The notes under the pieces are model-generated. The model did no database searches. It worked only from the letters and a program-made list of their open reading frames with translations, and was not told the origin of the DNA. Below are positions 39,913-50,715 of a stretch of DNA of 54,456 nt, one piece after another (position 1 is the first letter of the stretch; each line of letters opens with the position of its first letter). The stretch is from an uncultured Parvularcula sp. (GTDB lineage: Bacteria; Pseudomonadota; Alphaproteobacteria; Caulobacterales; Parvularculaceae), in assembly GCA_963922235.1 (NCBI GenBank), contig CAWUIJ010000001.1:1-54456 (forward strand), in the 5' to 3' direction. A program made the translations under genes and the position numbers.

Positions 39913-41177
39913 TAGCTGTCTTGGCTTTCACCGCCCAAGCGGATTTCGACATCACTGTCCCGCTCAAGATTTCGGAGGTAGCGGCGTGAAAGAAGTTGGA
40001 ACTCGTCGTTTTCCAACCGGTTTTCGATCACCCGACGGCGCGGAAGGCCAAGACCTTCGTCCATCTCGCAGACATAAACACGGTGATAGGCGTCGTTGCT
40101 CTCAAGCAGCACTGAGAGGTCCCCTCGTTGCAGGTCGAGGAGGGCATTGTGAAAGCTTGGCCGGATCTTGTTGATCGCCACCATTGGTAAAAGCTCAACA
40201 CCAATCCCTTCTCCCAGATCGGTGCTCAGTTCACTGCCGTTGCAAGGATTGGCGAGTGGGAGGCGGCCGGTGGCCTCTTCCGCTTCGGCTCGCGAAATCT
40301 CAAATTTGCTGACGCCCGCATAGGCCAGCTCGTAGGAGGGATCGCCCTTCTCAGCGGCAGCGCGCTTACCCTGGACAGCCACGACTTTCATCATGTCATC
40401 CATTTCAATCGGTGTCGACACATTACCTTCAGCAAGCTCGGTCACCACGGATGCAACGGTTGGATCGAGTTCTGCTGGGCGCATCCAGCCCAATTCTCCG
40501 CCGCGCGCAGCCGACGGGCAAATGGAGAATTGCTGGGCAAGGGCCTGAAAGGGGACGCCCTGGCGCATCTGCCCGATCATCTGCATACCGATATTATAAA
40601 TCCGATCGCGTTGCTGTTCATCGTCGACCGGCAGGCAAATCTCCGAGAGGTAGAACTGCTCGTTCTCCGCCTCGGAACGCATCTTATCGAGCATGTTGTC
40701 GATTTCGCCTTCGGTGACGTTCACGCGATTATTGAACCGCCCACGGACGAGGCGTTCCCATGCTTGGTCGGTGCGAATTTTTTCGCGCAGCGTCTCAATC
40801 GCGATGCCCTGTTGGGCAAGGTCCACTGCCAAGCCCTCGATGCTGGTTCCGCCGGAAGCTGCGATGCGGGCGAGCTCTTCGTTCACTTCGTCATCGCTAA
40901 CCTGAACTTCGAATTCGTTCGTTTCTTGGCGCTTCAACTGTTCGTCGACGAGATCTTTGAGGGCCTGCGCCTGCAGCTGCGCTTCGGCCTCCGGCGTCAA
41001 ATCGCGGTTGCCTGAGGTGATCAGCATCAGGCGCATGCGCTGCTGCACATCAAAGGTGGAAATCGGGTTGTCGTTGACCGTTGCCGCCACGGCGTTGCCG
41101 ATCATTTGGGCTGATGCGTGGGTGCTGATCATGCACCCCGCCGCCACACATCCCATGATTGCCCAAAGCTGTCGCAT
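39912..41177 (-). CDS. surA: SurA-type periplasmic chaperone / peptidyl-prolyl isomerase
   Basis: Signal peptide, AATVNDNPIS, parvulin LAQQFS..SAARGGELGW; precedes pdxA-rsmA. Confidence 0.9.
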   Translation of the reverse strand: MRQLWAIMGCVAAGCMISTHASAQMIGNAVAATVNDNPISTFDVQQRMRLMLITSGNRDLTPEAEAQLQAQALKDLVDEQLKRQETNEFEVQVSDDEVNEELARIAASGGTSIEGLAVDLAQQGIAIETLREKIRTDQAWERLVRGRFNNRVNVTEGEIDNMLDKMRSEAENEQFYLSEICLPVDDEQQRDRIYNIGMQMIGQMRQGVPFQALAQQFSICPSAARGGELGWMRPAELDPTVASVVTELAEGNVSTPIEMDDMMKVVAVQGKRAAAEKGDPSYELAYAGVSKFEISRAEAEEATGRLPLANPCNGSELSTDLGEGIGVELLPMVAINKIRPSFHNALLDLQRGDLSVLLESNDAYHRVYVCEMDEGLGLPRRRVIENRLENDEFQLLSRRYLRNLERDSDVEIRLGGESQDS

Positions 41178-41281
41178 CTCGACCTCTATTGCCCGCTGTC
41201 TCCCCGGGGCTGCAACGTTTAGGCCGCGAGGGACCCCTATTGAAGCCAAGGTTACGTGAAAAGCCGTTAAATGCCTGGGTC

Positions 41282-42253
41282 CTAAGCGTTCAGCAAGACC
41301 ACTTTTCCAATCACTTCGCCAGCTTCGAGGGCGCGATGCCCTTCATCGGCGTCAGCCATGGGCAGGGTGAGGCCGACGAGGGGTTTCACATCGCCTGACT
41401 GAACGGCTGGAAGAACCTCTGTCCTTAAGGCGTCGCGAAGGCGCTGCTTCTCTTCCACCGATCGCGCGCGAAGCGTGGAACCGGTGAGGGTGAGGTTCTT
41501 TTGCATCACCATGGCGAGGTTCACCTCGGCCTGCATGCCCCCCAGGAACGCGATCATCACATTGCGGCCGCCGGGTCTTAACATGGCAAGATTGCGAGGA
41601 ATGTAGCTTCCGCCGACCATGTCGAGAACGACATCGCAGCCGCCGAGCGCTGTCATCCCTTCGTCCCAAGCTTCGTCCTTGTAGTTCCAAACCTTGGTGA
41701 ACCCTGCTTCCTGAGCAGCGTGGACTTTCGCTTCTGACCCTGCGGTCCCATAGGTTTCATGACCGCGGCTTCGCGCGAGCGCGGCCGCCATGGTGCCAAT
41801 GCCCGAGGTGGCGCCGTGGACAAAAAGGCGCTCGCTGGCGTGAAGATTGACGCCCTTATCAAAGACATTGGCCCAAACGGTGAAGGCGGTTTCGCAAAAC
41901 CCAGCAGCCTCTTCGGCGGACAGGTTCTCAGGCCAGGGCAGAATGGATCCGTGGTGGGCATGACAGCGTTCTGCATAACCACCGCCTGGGACAAGAGCCA
42001 TGACCTTGTCGCCAAGACCCCAGTGAGCTGCTGCCTTGTCTCCGACAGCGGTGATGGTTCCGCAGACTTCGAGGCCCAGAGCCGCAGATGCGCCTGGAGG
42101 AGGAGGATAAAGCCCGGCACGCTGGAACAGGTCCGGCCTGTTGACCCCGGCTGCGGCGATATCGATCGCAACTTCGTCGGTCCCAAGGTCGGGGAGGTCT
42201 TCATCCCGCCAATTTAGGTTGCCGCTTTGCTCGACAAACATCGCATGGACCAT
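41282..42253 (-). CDS. NAD(P)H-quinone oxidoreductase, PIG3 family
   Basis: AAGVNRPD..QR.G.YPPP, HGATSGIG, GSTLRAR. Confidence 0.92.
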   Translation of the reverse strand: MVHAMFVEQSGNLNWRDEDLPDLGTDEVAIDIAAAGVNRPDLFQRAGLYPPPPGASAALGLEVCGTITAVGDKAAAHWGLGDKVMALVPGGGYAERCHAHHGSILPWPENLSAEEAAGFCETAFTVWANVFDKGVNLHASERLFVHGATSGIGTMAAALARSRGHETYGTAGSEAKVHAAQEAGFTKVWNYKDEAWDEGMTALGGCDVVLDMVGGSYIPRNLAMLRPGGRNVMIAFLGGMQAEVNLAMVMQKNLTLTGSTLRARSVEEKQRLRDALRTEVLPAVQSGDVKPLVGLTLPMADADEGHRALEAGEVIGKVVLLNA

Positions 42254-42420
42254 AGCCAATTCCTTCATTTTGAAGTGCATTCAGACGGTTCTGTTCGCAC
42301 TCTATCAAACCTTCTCGGGCACACCTTAGGCAGGGAACGGCGCTTCGTCGCTTCTTGAGATCAAGGGCGAGGGTCAGTCCGTCTGAACCCTCACAGCCGA
42401 GAGGTTTGAGAGATCCGAAG

Positions 42421-44292
42421 ATGGGGTTGCGCGGCGAAAAATGGCGCAAGGTCTTCTCACGGCGTTATACGCTGGCGCTTGTTCTTTTGGCGAGCGTTTG
42501 GAGCGTCGTGTCCATCGTTCAGCTCAAAACGATCACCGGTGAGCGAAGCCGCGCCTCGGTCATCGCCCTAGCGGCTGAGCAGGCGGCGCTGTCTCAGCGG
42601 ATCGCTTTTTTGGTTGCAGAGAACGACTTGAGCGAAACCGCTTGCGTGGAAGGGTCGCCCTGCGTCGAGTTGCAGACGACTGTCCGCCGAATGCGTGCCA
42701 ACCATGCGTTTTTGACGGGCAGCGGCGCTCCGCGCATTGTGCAGCAACACCTCGTTCCGCTCCGAGACATTTTCCAAGCGGGGGCGATGACTTTCGCTGA
42801 CGAGGTGGACGCGTTCCTCAACGCCGCATCAAGTCTTGCCGAGGGTGATCTCTCGAACGTCGAACTGAACGAAAGCCTCTTGCGGAAGCGCATCAAAGAT
42901 TCGGGTACGAACAGCCTTCTGCAAACGCACAGCTTGCTGGTCGAGGTCCTCGAAGCGGAAGCCAATCGAGCCATCCAAAGGGCGGCGACGATGACTGGCT
43001 TTGCGTGGTTGGTGTCGCTTGTTATACTTATACTGATTTCCCAACGGATTTTCCGTCCGATGGCCCAGCACCTTTTCAGAACCTTTGCCGATATGGAGCT
43101 GGCGCAGCAGGAGGCCGTGCAAGCCGCGGAGACGGCTGAACGCGCCAATCGCGTGCGCGGTGAGTTTCTCAAGACCGCATCGCATGAGCTCAAAACACCC
43201 CTGAACGCCATTATGGGTCTCGCAGAAGTGATCCGGCACGGAGAGGACAAGGCAGATCAACTCCTCTCAGAAATGTCTCACGCAAGCGATCATTTGCTCA
43301 GTATGCTCAACACCATGCTGGATTCGCATAAGCTTGATGAAGGCAAACTTCAGATCACGCAAAGTGAAGTGACCCTTGCTGATGAGCTTCAGGCTATCGC
43401 GGCCATCGCTGCCGACTTTACCGAGCGCAAGGGGCTTCGATTTGAGCCGTGCTTCAACGTGCCTTCGTCCATCCGCGCCAAGACAGATTCCCAGCGCTTG
43501 CGCCAGCTGTGTCTGAACCTGCTGGATAACGCTGCGCGCTTCACCGATGAGGGAGAGATCTGCTTTGGTGGTGAGCTCATCGAACAGGATGGACGTTCTG
43601 TTCTCAAGCTCACGGTTGAAGACACTGGGGTGGGTATTGAGGAGCATCGCCTCGACCATATCTTTGATCGTTACTCATCCGAGACATCTGTCGATACCGC
43701 AAAGAGTGGCGGGTTGGGTCTTGGACTTTCCTTCTCCAAAAGGATCGTCGAGATGTTGGACGGCACCATTGACCTCAAAACAGAGGTTGGTGAGGGCTCT
43801 GTCTTCACGCTGCAAATTCCGGTCGAAACGGTGTCGGATGCACCGTTGTCGGCTCATCGGCTTGATGCTCAATCGAAAAAGCGTGTCCTGATTGTTGATG
43901 ATAACATGCCGAACCGCATGGTGGCTGAGGCCATGGTCCAGCTTCTCGGCGGCGAAACGGAGATGGCAGAGGATGGCCAGTGTGCGGTGGAAAAAGCAGC
44001 TGCCCAGCATTTTGATCTGATTTTGATGGATATCTCGATGCCAGTGATGGACGGCATCACGGCGACCGAAACCATACGCAATGCTCCAGGTCCCAATCAA
44101 TTCACACCAATTGTTGCTGTCACGGCACACGTGGCACAAGAAGAAGTTCCAGACCTCATCAATCGCGGTTTCCAAGCCGTGATCCACAAACCCATGAGAA
44201 AAAATCTCATGGAGAGCATATTTGCAGAGTACACGAACGAAAACAATGCAACTCCCGACGGGGTGGCGCCTGTGATGGGAGAGGCTTCGTGA
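42421..44292 (+). CDS. Hybrid sensor histidine kinase / receiver with periplasmic sensor
   Basis: Two TM helices, SHELKTPLN H-box, NLLDNA, DTGVG, GLGL, REC (VDDN...LMDISMP). Confidence 0.95.
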   Translation: MGLRGEKWRKVFSRRYTLALVLLASVWSVVSIVQLKTITGERSRASVIALAAEQAALSQRIAFLVAENDLSETACVEGSPCVELQTTVRRMRANHAFLTGSGAPRIVQQHLVPLRDIFQAGAMTFADEVDAFLNAASSLAEGDLSNVELNESLLRKRIKDSGTNSLLQTHSLLVEVLEAEANRAIQRAATMTGFAWLVSLVILILISQRIFRPMAQHLFRTFADMELAQQEAVQAAETAERANRVRGEFLKTASHELKTPLNAIMGLAEVIRHGEDKADQLLSEMSHASDHLLSMLNTMLDSHKLDEGKLQITQSEVTLADELQAIAAIAADFTERKGLRFEPCFNVPSSIRAKTDSQRLRQLCLNLLDNAARFTDEGEICFGGELIEQDGRSVLKLTVEDTGVGIEEHRLDHIFDRYSSETSVDTAKSGGLGLGLSFSKRIVEMLDGTIDLKTEVGEGSVFTLQIPVETVSDAPLSAHRLDAQSKKRVLIVDDNMPNRMVAEAMVQLLGGETEMAEDGQCAVEKAAAQHFDLILMDISMPVMDGITATETIRNAPGPNQFTPIVAVTAHVAQEEVPDLINRGFQAVIHKPMRKNLMESIFAEYTNENNATPDGVAPVMGEAS

Positions 44293-45266
44293 TTGGTGCC
44301 GTTTTCAGTTTGGTTCTGGCCATTGCGGCACCGACCGACTTACGGATTGCAGGATCCTCAACTGTGGCACCGCTGATCGCCGAAGTCAGCGAAATTGCGG
44401 ACCTTCGCGATGTGCGTGTGGCGCCAACGGGGACTGTGCGCGGCTTTGAAGAGCTTTGTGTGGAAGGCTCTGTTCAGGTCATCGGCGCTTCGCGGCGTTT
44501 GACGGCTCGCGAGGCTGAGGCATGCGCAGAGCACGACGTTGCTGAGCTCGTCGAGGTGATGATTGGTACGGACGGTATCGTGCTGGCTCATTCCTCACGC
44601 CGAGCTGTGCGAGGGCTCACCCTTCAACAGCTTTATCTCGCATCGGGAACTCTTGTTCCTGTGGATGACGAGTGTCGGCTCGAGCCCAACGCTTCGATGA
44701 CCTGGCGCGATGTGGACAACTCTCTTCCTGCTGATCGCATAAGGCTCTTCGGGCCGCCTGTGAGCTCTGGCACCAGGGACATGTTTATCAAGTTGGGTCT
44801 TGCGGCTGGGGCCCGTTCTATTCCGTGCCTTGCTTCCCTCGAGAAAGACGATCCATCTGCCTTTTGGGCAGCCATATCCCCCCGAAGCGACTTCGCTTGG
44901 ACGGATGCGGGCGAAAATGATGAGGCTGCCGCGATTGCTCTCACTTATGTCCATGACGCGGTCGGTATCTTTGGGATTCGCAGTTTTGAAGCCGCGTGCG
45001 GTCTCGATGCACTCCACCTTCAGGGGGTCGCACCGTCGCGGGACGCAGTATCGAGCGGTGAATATCCGTTGTCGCGCCCGTTGTTCATTTATTTGACGGC
45101 TGAGGCCCTCGAAAAGCCCGCCGCGAGGCTCCTGATTATGGAGCTGGAGAAGCGTCGACGTGAGCCGCTTCGGGTCAAAGTGCACCTGACCAAGACAGGT
45201 GAGACCCGTTTCGGACTGTTCCGAGACATCGACGATCTGCTGAAAGCCACCGCTTCAATCCTTTGA
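44289..45266 (+). CDS. PstS-like periplasmic phosphate-binding-family protein
   Basis: IAGSSTVAP, ASR, DGIV, PP.SSGTRD.F, YPLSRPLFIY; GTGA overlap with the kinase. Confidence 0.8.
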   Translation: MIGAVFSLVLAIAAPTDLRIAGSSTVAPLIAEVSEIADLRDVRVAPTGTVRGFEELCVEGSVQVIGASRRLTAREAEACAEHDVAELVEVMIGTDGIVLAHSSRRAVRGLTLQQLYLASGTLVPVDDECRLEPNASMTWRDVDNSLPADRIRLFGPPVSSGTRDMFIKLGLAAGARSIPCLASLEKDDPSAFWAAISPRSDFAWTDAGENDEAAAIALTYVHDAVGIFGIRSFEAACGLDALHLQGVAPSRDAVSSGEYPLSRPLFIYLTAEALEKPAARLLIMELEKRRREPLRVKVHLTKTGETRFGLFRDIDDLLKATASIL

Positions 45267-45387
45267 AGACGGCATATCTCCTTGTATTCAGGTTTCTGGC
45301 GCGGATGTTGCTCCTGCTTGCTTAGTCCTTCAAGACGAAGAGGTTCGTCTCTCGAGGGGTTCGTGAGAGATGCTAGAGGGTCACGGC

Positions 45388-45906
45388 ATGATGAATGACG
45401 AGTTGCGAGTGCTGTCGGATGAGGCAGCCATCAAGAATGTCGGGCCCTTCGTTGCCTCGAAGGTTTTCAATAGCTTGTTTGCGGCGGGCATGGAGCTCGT
45501 TGAAGAAGCAGCGCTTTATCTTGACGAAGACGGCAAAAACGCAGCGCGCACTCTGCCACGTCGGGATGCGCTGAACTACGCCAGCGTCTCGATGCGGCTC
45601 ACCACACGTTTGATGCAGATTGCTTCCTGGCTCCTCGTTCTTCGCGCGGTCCGTGACGACGAGATGACCGAGAGTGAGGCGAGCCTCGAGAAATACCGGA
45701 TCGGTCAGCCTGAGAGCATCCATCTTTCGGATGAGGCTGCGTCGGGTTTGCCTGAACGCATGCTCAATCTCATCAATGAGACCGATACGCTCTACGCCCG
45801 CGTCGTGCGCATCGACCGTGAGCTGTTCACGGAAGAAACCACTCAGACCTTTGGGGATGATGCAGCGGGACAGCTTGCCGCTCTTCGTTCTGCGTTTCCT
45901 GGATAA
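45388..45906 (+). CDS. rcdA: Regulator of CtrA degradation RcdA (DUF1465)
   Basis: GMELVEEAALYLD, SMRLTTRLMQIASWLL, C-terminal QLAALRSAF. Confidence 0.9.
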   Translation: MMNDELRVLSDEAAIKNVGPFVASKVFNSLFAAGMELVEEAALYLDEDGKNAARTLPRRDALNYASVSMRLTTRLMQIASWLLVLRAVRDDEMTESEASLEKYRIGQPESIHLSDEAASGLPERMLNLINETDTLYARVVRIDRELFTEETTQTFGDDAAGQLAALRSAFPG

Positions 45907-45996
45907 TCGGCACCTCGCGACGCATGGACGGCATGCCACGTGCCATGCTTAAGTCATTCCAAATGGCCACTTTCAGAAGGCTAGGAGGATGATCAT

Positions 45997-47184
45997 ATGA
46001 CTGATGCCCTTGAAACTTTTCGTGAGGAAACGCGCGCCTGGCTTGAGGAGAACTGCCCTCAAAGCATGCGCGGCGACTATTCGACCGAAGATGCCTGCTG
46101 GGGCGGCCGCAATTGGAAGTTTACGTCTGACGACCAAAAGCTCTGGCTGGACCGGATGGCTGAGAAGGGTTGGACCGTTCCAGCATGGCCGAAAGAGTAT
46201 GGCGGCGGCGGGCTTTCCAAAGAGGAAGTCAAAATCCTTAAGCAGGAAATGCAGCGCATCCGGGCGAAGCCGCCGCATGAGAACTTTGGCATCACAATGC
46301 TTGGGCCAGCCCTCCTGCATTTTGGCACCCATGAGCAGAAGCTGAAATTCCTTCCGCCCATCGCTCGCGGCGAGATCCGTTGGTGCCAGGGCTATTCAGA
46401 GCCAGGTTCCGGTTCCGACCTCGCCAGCCTGAAAACCAAGGCCGAGGACAAGGGCGACCACTGGCTGATCAATGGCCAGAAAGTCTGGACATCGTATGCG
46501 GATCACTGCGACTGGATCTTCTGCCTTGTGCGGACGGATGGTTCAGGTGTGAAGCACCATGGTATCAGCTTTATGCTGTTTGATATGGCATCTGAAGGGG
46601 TGTCGACGCGGCCGATCAAGTTGATCTCCGGCCGTTCGCCGTTTTGCGAGACCTTCCTTGATAATGTGAAGGTGCCGAAAGACGGTCTCGAAATCGTTGG
46701 TGAGAAGGATGAGGGCTGGAAAGTCGCGACATATCTTCTGACTCACGAGCGCGAAATGATCTCGAGCATGGGTATGTCTGGCACGCGCCTGATCGGTCAG
46801 ATTGCTGCTCAAGAGCTTGGTACGGACGAAAAAGGTCAAATTGCTGATGGTATGCTCCGTGCACGTGCTTCGGAGTGTGATGTCGATGGCTGGGCCTACG
46901 CCACGCTGCTGCAATCTGTGAAAGATAAGGCGAAACAAGGCGTCTCCCTTGGTGCAGCTTCGTCAATGCTCAAATATTACGGGACTGAGCTTAACAAGCG
47001 TCGTCTCGAGCTGATGATGGATATTGGCGGTTCGGACGAACTCGAGTGGGAGACAGACCGCAATGATGACGGTGAGCGTGCTCGCATGTGGCTCCGGACC
47101 CGCGCGAACTCGATTGAGGGCGGAACCTCTGAGGTGCAGCTGAACATCATCGCGAAGCGCATTTTGGAGCTTCCGAGCTCCTAG
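45997..47184 (+). CDS. Acyl-CoA dehydrogenase (FadE-type)
   Basis: WCQGYSEPGSGSDLASL, NGQKVWTS, SIEGGTSEVQ. Confidence 0.95.
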   Translation: MTDALETFREETRAWLEENCPQSMRGDYSTEDACWGGRNWKFTSDDQKLWLDRMAEKGWTVPAWPKEYGGGGLSKEEVKILKQEMQRIRAKPPHENFGITMLGPALLHFGTHEQKLKFLPPIARGEIRWCQGYSEPGSGSDLASLKTKAEDKGDHWLINGQKVWTSYADHCDWIFCLVRTDGSGVKHHGISFMLFDMASEGVSTRPIKLISGRSPFCETFLDNVKVPKDGLEIVGEKDEGWKVATYLLTHEREMISSMGMSGTRLIGQIAAQELGTDEKGQIADGMLRARASECDVDGWAYATLLQSVKDKAKQGVSLGAASSMLKYYGTELNKRRLELMMDIGGSDELEWETDRNDDGERARMWLRTRANSIEGGTSEVQLNIIAKRILELPSS

Positions 47185-47206
47185 AACTTTCCAAAACATG
47201 AGCGAT

Positions 47207-47231
47207 AACGCCCGCGTCAGCGGGCGTTTTT
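47207..47231 (+). terminator. Intrinsic terminator
   Basis: AACGCCCGC-GTCA-GCGGGCGTT followed by T-tract. Confidence 0.8.
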
Positions 47232-47387
47232 GCAAGCAATACCAGGACTATGGCGGGGCTGTGAGGGGCGTTGAGATCTGCTCACAACCCTTTCATGGAT
47301 CCACCGCTTTCCCTTGCCGGTTGGAGCTGGCAGGGTATCCATTAAAATGGCACAGCTAATGCCACAACGAGACCTAGAGGAGACGCA

Positions 47388-48527
47388 ATGGCGCTTGTAC
47401 TGAGTGAAGAGCAGCAAATGCTGCAGGAAACAGCCCGCAACTTTGCCGAGGAGAAGAGCCCCGTTTCGGAGTTGCGTCGGATCCGCGACGAGGACGTGGC
47501 CGAAGGCTTCGACCGTGACCTTTGGGCTCAAATGGCGGAGCTTGGCTTTGCAGGCATTCTGGTCCCTGAGGAATTTGGCGGCTCAGATTTTGGTTATGTC
47601 GGCGCAGGTATCGTTGCTCAAGAATTGGGCCGAACACTGACAGCGAGCCCCTATCTCGCGACAGCCATCATGGCCGCGACAGCGCTTACAAATCTTGGAA
47701 CGGATGATCAAAAGGCGAAACATTTGCCAAAGATCGCTGCCGGCGAGACGATCTTTGCTATTGCGAGCGACGAAGTACGTAAGCACACGCCCAACCACGT
47801 CTCGATGAAGGCGGAACGTTCAGGCAATGGCTTCAAACTTTCTGGCGAGAAGGCCTTTGTCGCCGAGGGCAATGCAGCGGATCAGCTGATCGTGGCAGCC
47901 CGGACGTCGGGAGATGATGACGCGTCGGAAGGCATCACGCTTTTCCTCGTTGATGCCAATGCAGCTGGTGTCACAAAAGACCGCATGCGGACCGTTGACG
48001 ATCGTTCGCACGCGCGGATCACCCTTGATAATGTCGAAGTCGATGGCGATGCCGTCATCGGTGAGGTCGACCAAGGCCTCGCTGGTCTTGAGATGATCCT
48101 CAGTGCGGGCCGTGCTGGTCTTGCTGCTGAAATGGCCGGCGCGTCAGAAGCGTCATTCGAGATGACGATTGATTATCTCAAGCAGCGCGAGCAATTCGGT
48201 CAGCGCATCGGTAGCTTCCAAGCCCTCCAACACCGTGCCGCACATCTCTATACGGAGATCGAAATCGCAAAGGCAGTCGCCCATCAGGCGCTCGACGAAC
48301 TCGATAGCAACGTGGCCGGAGCAACGACTGCTGTCAGTCTCGCCAAGGCCAAGATCGGTCAGGTGGCACGGCTCGCGACCAACGAGGCGGTCCAGATGCA
48401 CGGCGGCATCGGCATGACCGACGACTACGACGTTGGCTTTTTCATGAAACGCGTTCGTGTTGCCAACGAGATGTTCGGTGACAGTGACTTCCACAAGAAC
48501 CGGCTTGCGGCCGTTCTGCAGTACTAG
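47388..48527 (+). CDS. Acyl-CoA dehydrogenase (likely partner subunit)
   Basis: LSEEQQML, REQFGQRIGSFQALQH, QMHGGIGMT. Confidence 0.95.
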   Translation: MALVLSEEQQMLQETARNFAEEKSPVSELRRIRDEDVAEGFDRDLWAQMAELGFAGILVPEEFGGSDFGYVGAGIVAQELGRTLTASPYLATAIMAATALTNLGTDDQKAKHLPKIAAGETIFAIASDEVRKHTPNHVSMKAERSGNGFKLSGEKAFVAEGNAADQLIVAARTSGDDDASEGITLFLVDANAAGVTKDRMRTVDDRSHARITLDNVEVDGDAVIGEVDQGLAGLEMILSAGRAGLAAEMAGASEASFEMTIDYLKQREQFGQRIGSFQALQHRAAHLYTEIEIAKAVAHQALDELDSNVAGATTAVSLAKAKIGQVARLATNEAVQMHGGIGMTDDYDVGFFMKRVRVANEMFGDSDFHKNRLAAVLQY

Positions 48528-48536
48528 GAGAAAAAG

Positions 48537-49736
48537 ATGAGAGAAGCAGTTATCGTATCGGCGGCGCGGACGCCGATTGGTAAAGCGTATCGCGGTGCGT
48601 TCAATTCAACCGGTGCGGTTGCTCTTGCTGGCCACGCGGTCAAGTATGCTGTCGAGCGGGCAGGCGTTGCTCCTGACACGATCGACGATTGCGTCATTGG
48701 CCAGGCTCTGCAGTTCCGGACAGGCGGCATGAACCTTGGTCGCCAGGCTGCGCTTCGTGCGGGCCTTGGTTTCGATGTTCCGGGTACGACGCTTGATCGC
48801 CAGTGTGGTTCAGGCATGGCGGCCATCGCAACTGCCGCCAAGCAGATCATGGTCGACAACATGGAGACAGTGATCGCTGGTGGTGTGGAGTCGATTTCGA
48901 CCAACCAAACACCTGACGCGCAAACGGTGTTCCCAGACCCTTGGCTGATGGAAAACATCCCAGCGACGTATATGCCAATGATCGAAACGGCAGAGATCGT
49001 GGCTGAGCGTTATGGCGTGAGTCGCGACGCTCAAGACGAGTACGCTTACAAATCGCAAATGCGTACCCACGAGGCCCAGCAAGCGGGTCACTACAGTGCC
49101 GAAATCGTTCCTATGCCGAGCGTCATGCAGCAAAAGAACAAAGAAACCGGTGAGGTTTCTCAGGTCGAAGTGACGCTGGAAAAAGACGAAGGCAACCGTC
49201 CAGAGACAACGCTTGAAGGTCTTCAAGGGCTCAAGCCGGTCTATCAGAACGGTAGCGTGATCAAAGAAGGCAAGTACATCACAGCCGGCAACGCGAGTCA
49301 GTTGTCTGACGGTGCTGGTGCGGTTGTTGTGATGGAGGCCAAAGCTGCTGAGAAAGCGGGTCTTCAGCCTCTTGGCCGCTATGTCGGTTTTGCGGTTGCT
49401 GGTACGAACCCTGACGAAATGGGTATCGGTCCAGTCTTCGCTGTTCCGAGGCTTCTTGAGCGCAATGGCCTGACGATGGACGACGTTGGCCTTTGGGAGC
49501 TCAACGAAGCCTTCGCGTCTCAGGTCCTCTACTGCCGTGACAAGCTCGGTATTCCTGACGAGCGTCTCAACGTTGATGGCGGCGCGATCTCGATCGGTCA
49601 CCCTTACGGCATGTCAGGCGCACGCATGACGATGCACGCTCTGCACGCTGGTAAGCGTCTTGGCGCTAAATATGTCGTTGTCACGATGTGCGTTGGTGGC
49701 GGACAAGGCGCAGCAGGCCTTTTCGAAGTCTACTAA
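48537..49736 (+). CDS. Acetyl-CoA C-acyltransferase (thiolase)
   Basis: ARTPIG, DRQCGSG, NEAFA, GHPYG, CVGGGQG. Confidence 0.97.
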   Translation: MREAVIVSAARTPIGKAYRGAFNSTGAVALAGHAVKYAVERAGVAPDTIDDCVIGQALQFRTGGMNLGRQAALRAGLGFDVPGTTLDRQCGSGMAAIATAAKQIMVDNMETVIAGGVESISTNQTPDAQTVFPDPWLMENIPATYMPMIETAEIVAERYGVSRDAQDEYAYKSQMRTHEAQQAGHYSAEIVPMPSVMQQKNKETGEVSQVEVTLEKDEGNRPETTLEGLQGLKPVYQNGSVIKEGKYITAGNASQLSDGAGAVVVMEAKAAEKAGLQPLGRYVGFAVAGTNPDEMGIGPVFAVPRLLERNGLTMDDVGLWELNEAFASQVLYCRDKLGIPDERLNVDGGAISIGHPYGMSGARMTMHALHAGKRLGAKYVVVTMCVGGGQGAAGLFEVY

Positions 49737-49753
49737 ACAAGTGGGTGTGCGGA

Positions 49754-50701
49754 TTAGGTTATACGACTGATCCGCACCACCTCTCCTTCAGAGGCGGGCG
49801 CTTTGCGACCCTCTTTGACGATCAAGCGTGCATCTTTCGGTAAGCCGCTGACATAGACGCCGTCTGCCGTTGCGGCGATGATCTGAACCGGTACGGTGAC
49901 GACCACGCCTGTCGTACCATCACCAGAGACCATCTGCACACTGAGACCGCGCCCGGGAACCATGATGAGGGCGCTTTGCGGGATCACTGTGGCTTCGATT
50001 TGCTGTGTGCGGACTTCGATTGTTGCCGTGTCGCCAGGCTTGATGCCGTCGAGATTCTCAGGGTGAAGCTCGAGAGTCCGAAGCTCTTCGTCCGTTTGGT
50101 TCTCGACAGGATGCACATAATGCACGCGGGCATGGCGATTTTCACCTGCGATCGAGACATCAGCGAAGTCGCCTGCGACGATGGTGTTGGCTTCATGGGG
50201 CCGCACTTGGGCACGCACGATCATTGATGAGGTATCAACGATTGAGGCGCAGGTGGACCCGCTTCGCAGCACGGATCCAGGAGCGCCATTCAAGGCGTTC
50301 ACTTGGCCATCAATCGGAGAGGTGAGGGCGACTGAGCTCGAGCTGCCGCTGTAGCGAAGCTCGCAAATGGTTTGGCCTGACACCACGCGTTCTCCGAGCC
50401 GAACGGGCACGCGCATCACGCGCGCATTGCCGTCCACACGAAGAGCGATTTCTCGCTCTGGGACAGCTTGGCCCGTGAGCTGGAGTGAGCGCTCGTGGGC
50501 TTCGCCAGCAATCATCGTAACTGCGACTGTGGGATAGTAGGTGGGACGCTCAACAACGGGTTTGGGCGGCTCAAAAAAGTCATCGATCTGGAAAGCCGTG
50601 ACGACTGTCAGCACAACCAAAGGTCCGAACGAGGCGATGCCCGAAAGCAAACCGTTCCAACGCGGCGCGATTCGTTCGTCCTGTTCAGTGGCCTCGGCCA
50701 T
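49754..50701 (-). CDS. Efflux RND-type periplasmic adaptor (HlyD-like)
   Basis: N-terminal TM, lipoyl halves (V.LGERV..GQ, SPIDGQV), IPQSAL, YVSGL. Confidence 0.75.
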   Translation of the reverse strand: MAEATEQDERIAPRWNGLLSGIASFGPLVVLTVVTAFQIDDFFEPPKPVVERPTYYPTVAVTMIAGEAHERSLQLTGQAVPEREIALRVDGNARVMRVPVRLGERVVSGQTICELRYSGSSSSVALTSPIDGQVNALNGAPGSVLRSGSTCASIVDTSSMIVRAQVRPHEANTIVAGDFADVSIAGENRHARVHYVHPVENQTDEELRTLELHPENLDGIKPGDTATIEVRTQQIEATVIPQSALIMVPGRGLSVQMVSGDGTTGVVVTVPVQIIAATADGVYVSGLPKDARLIVKEGRKAPASEGEVVRISRIT

Positions 50702-50715
50702 GACCCTCACTCACC

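Noticed and set aside
41178-41281. Absence of lptD upstream of surA (and of fabI beside aroC)
   Set aside because: Simple synteny breaks; both genes are probably elsewhere and this cannot be judged from the window.
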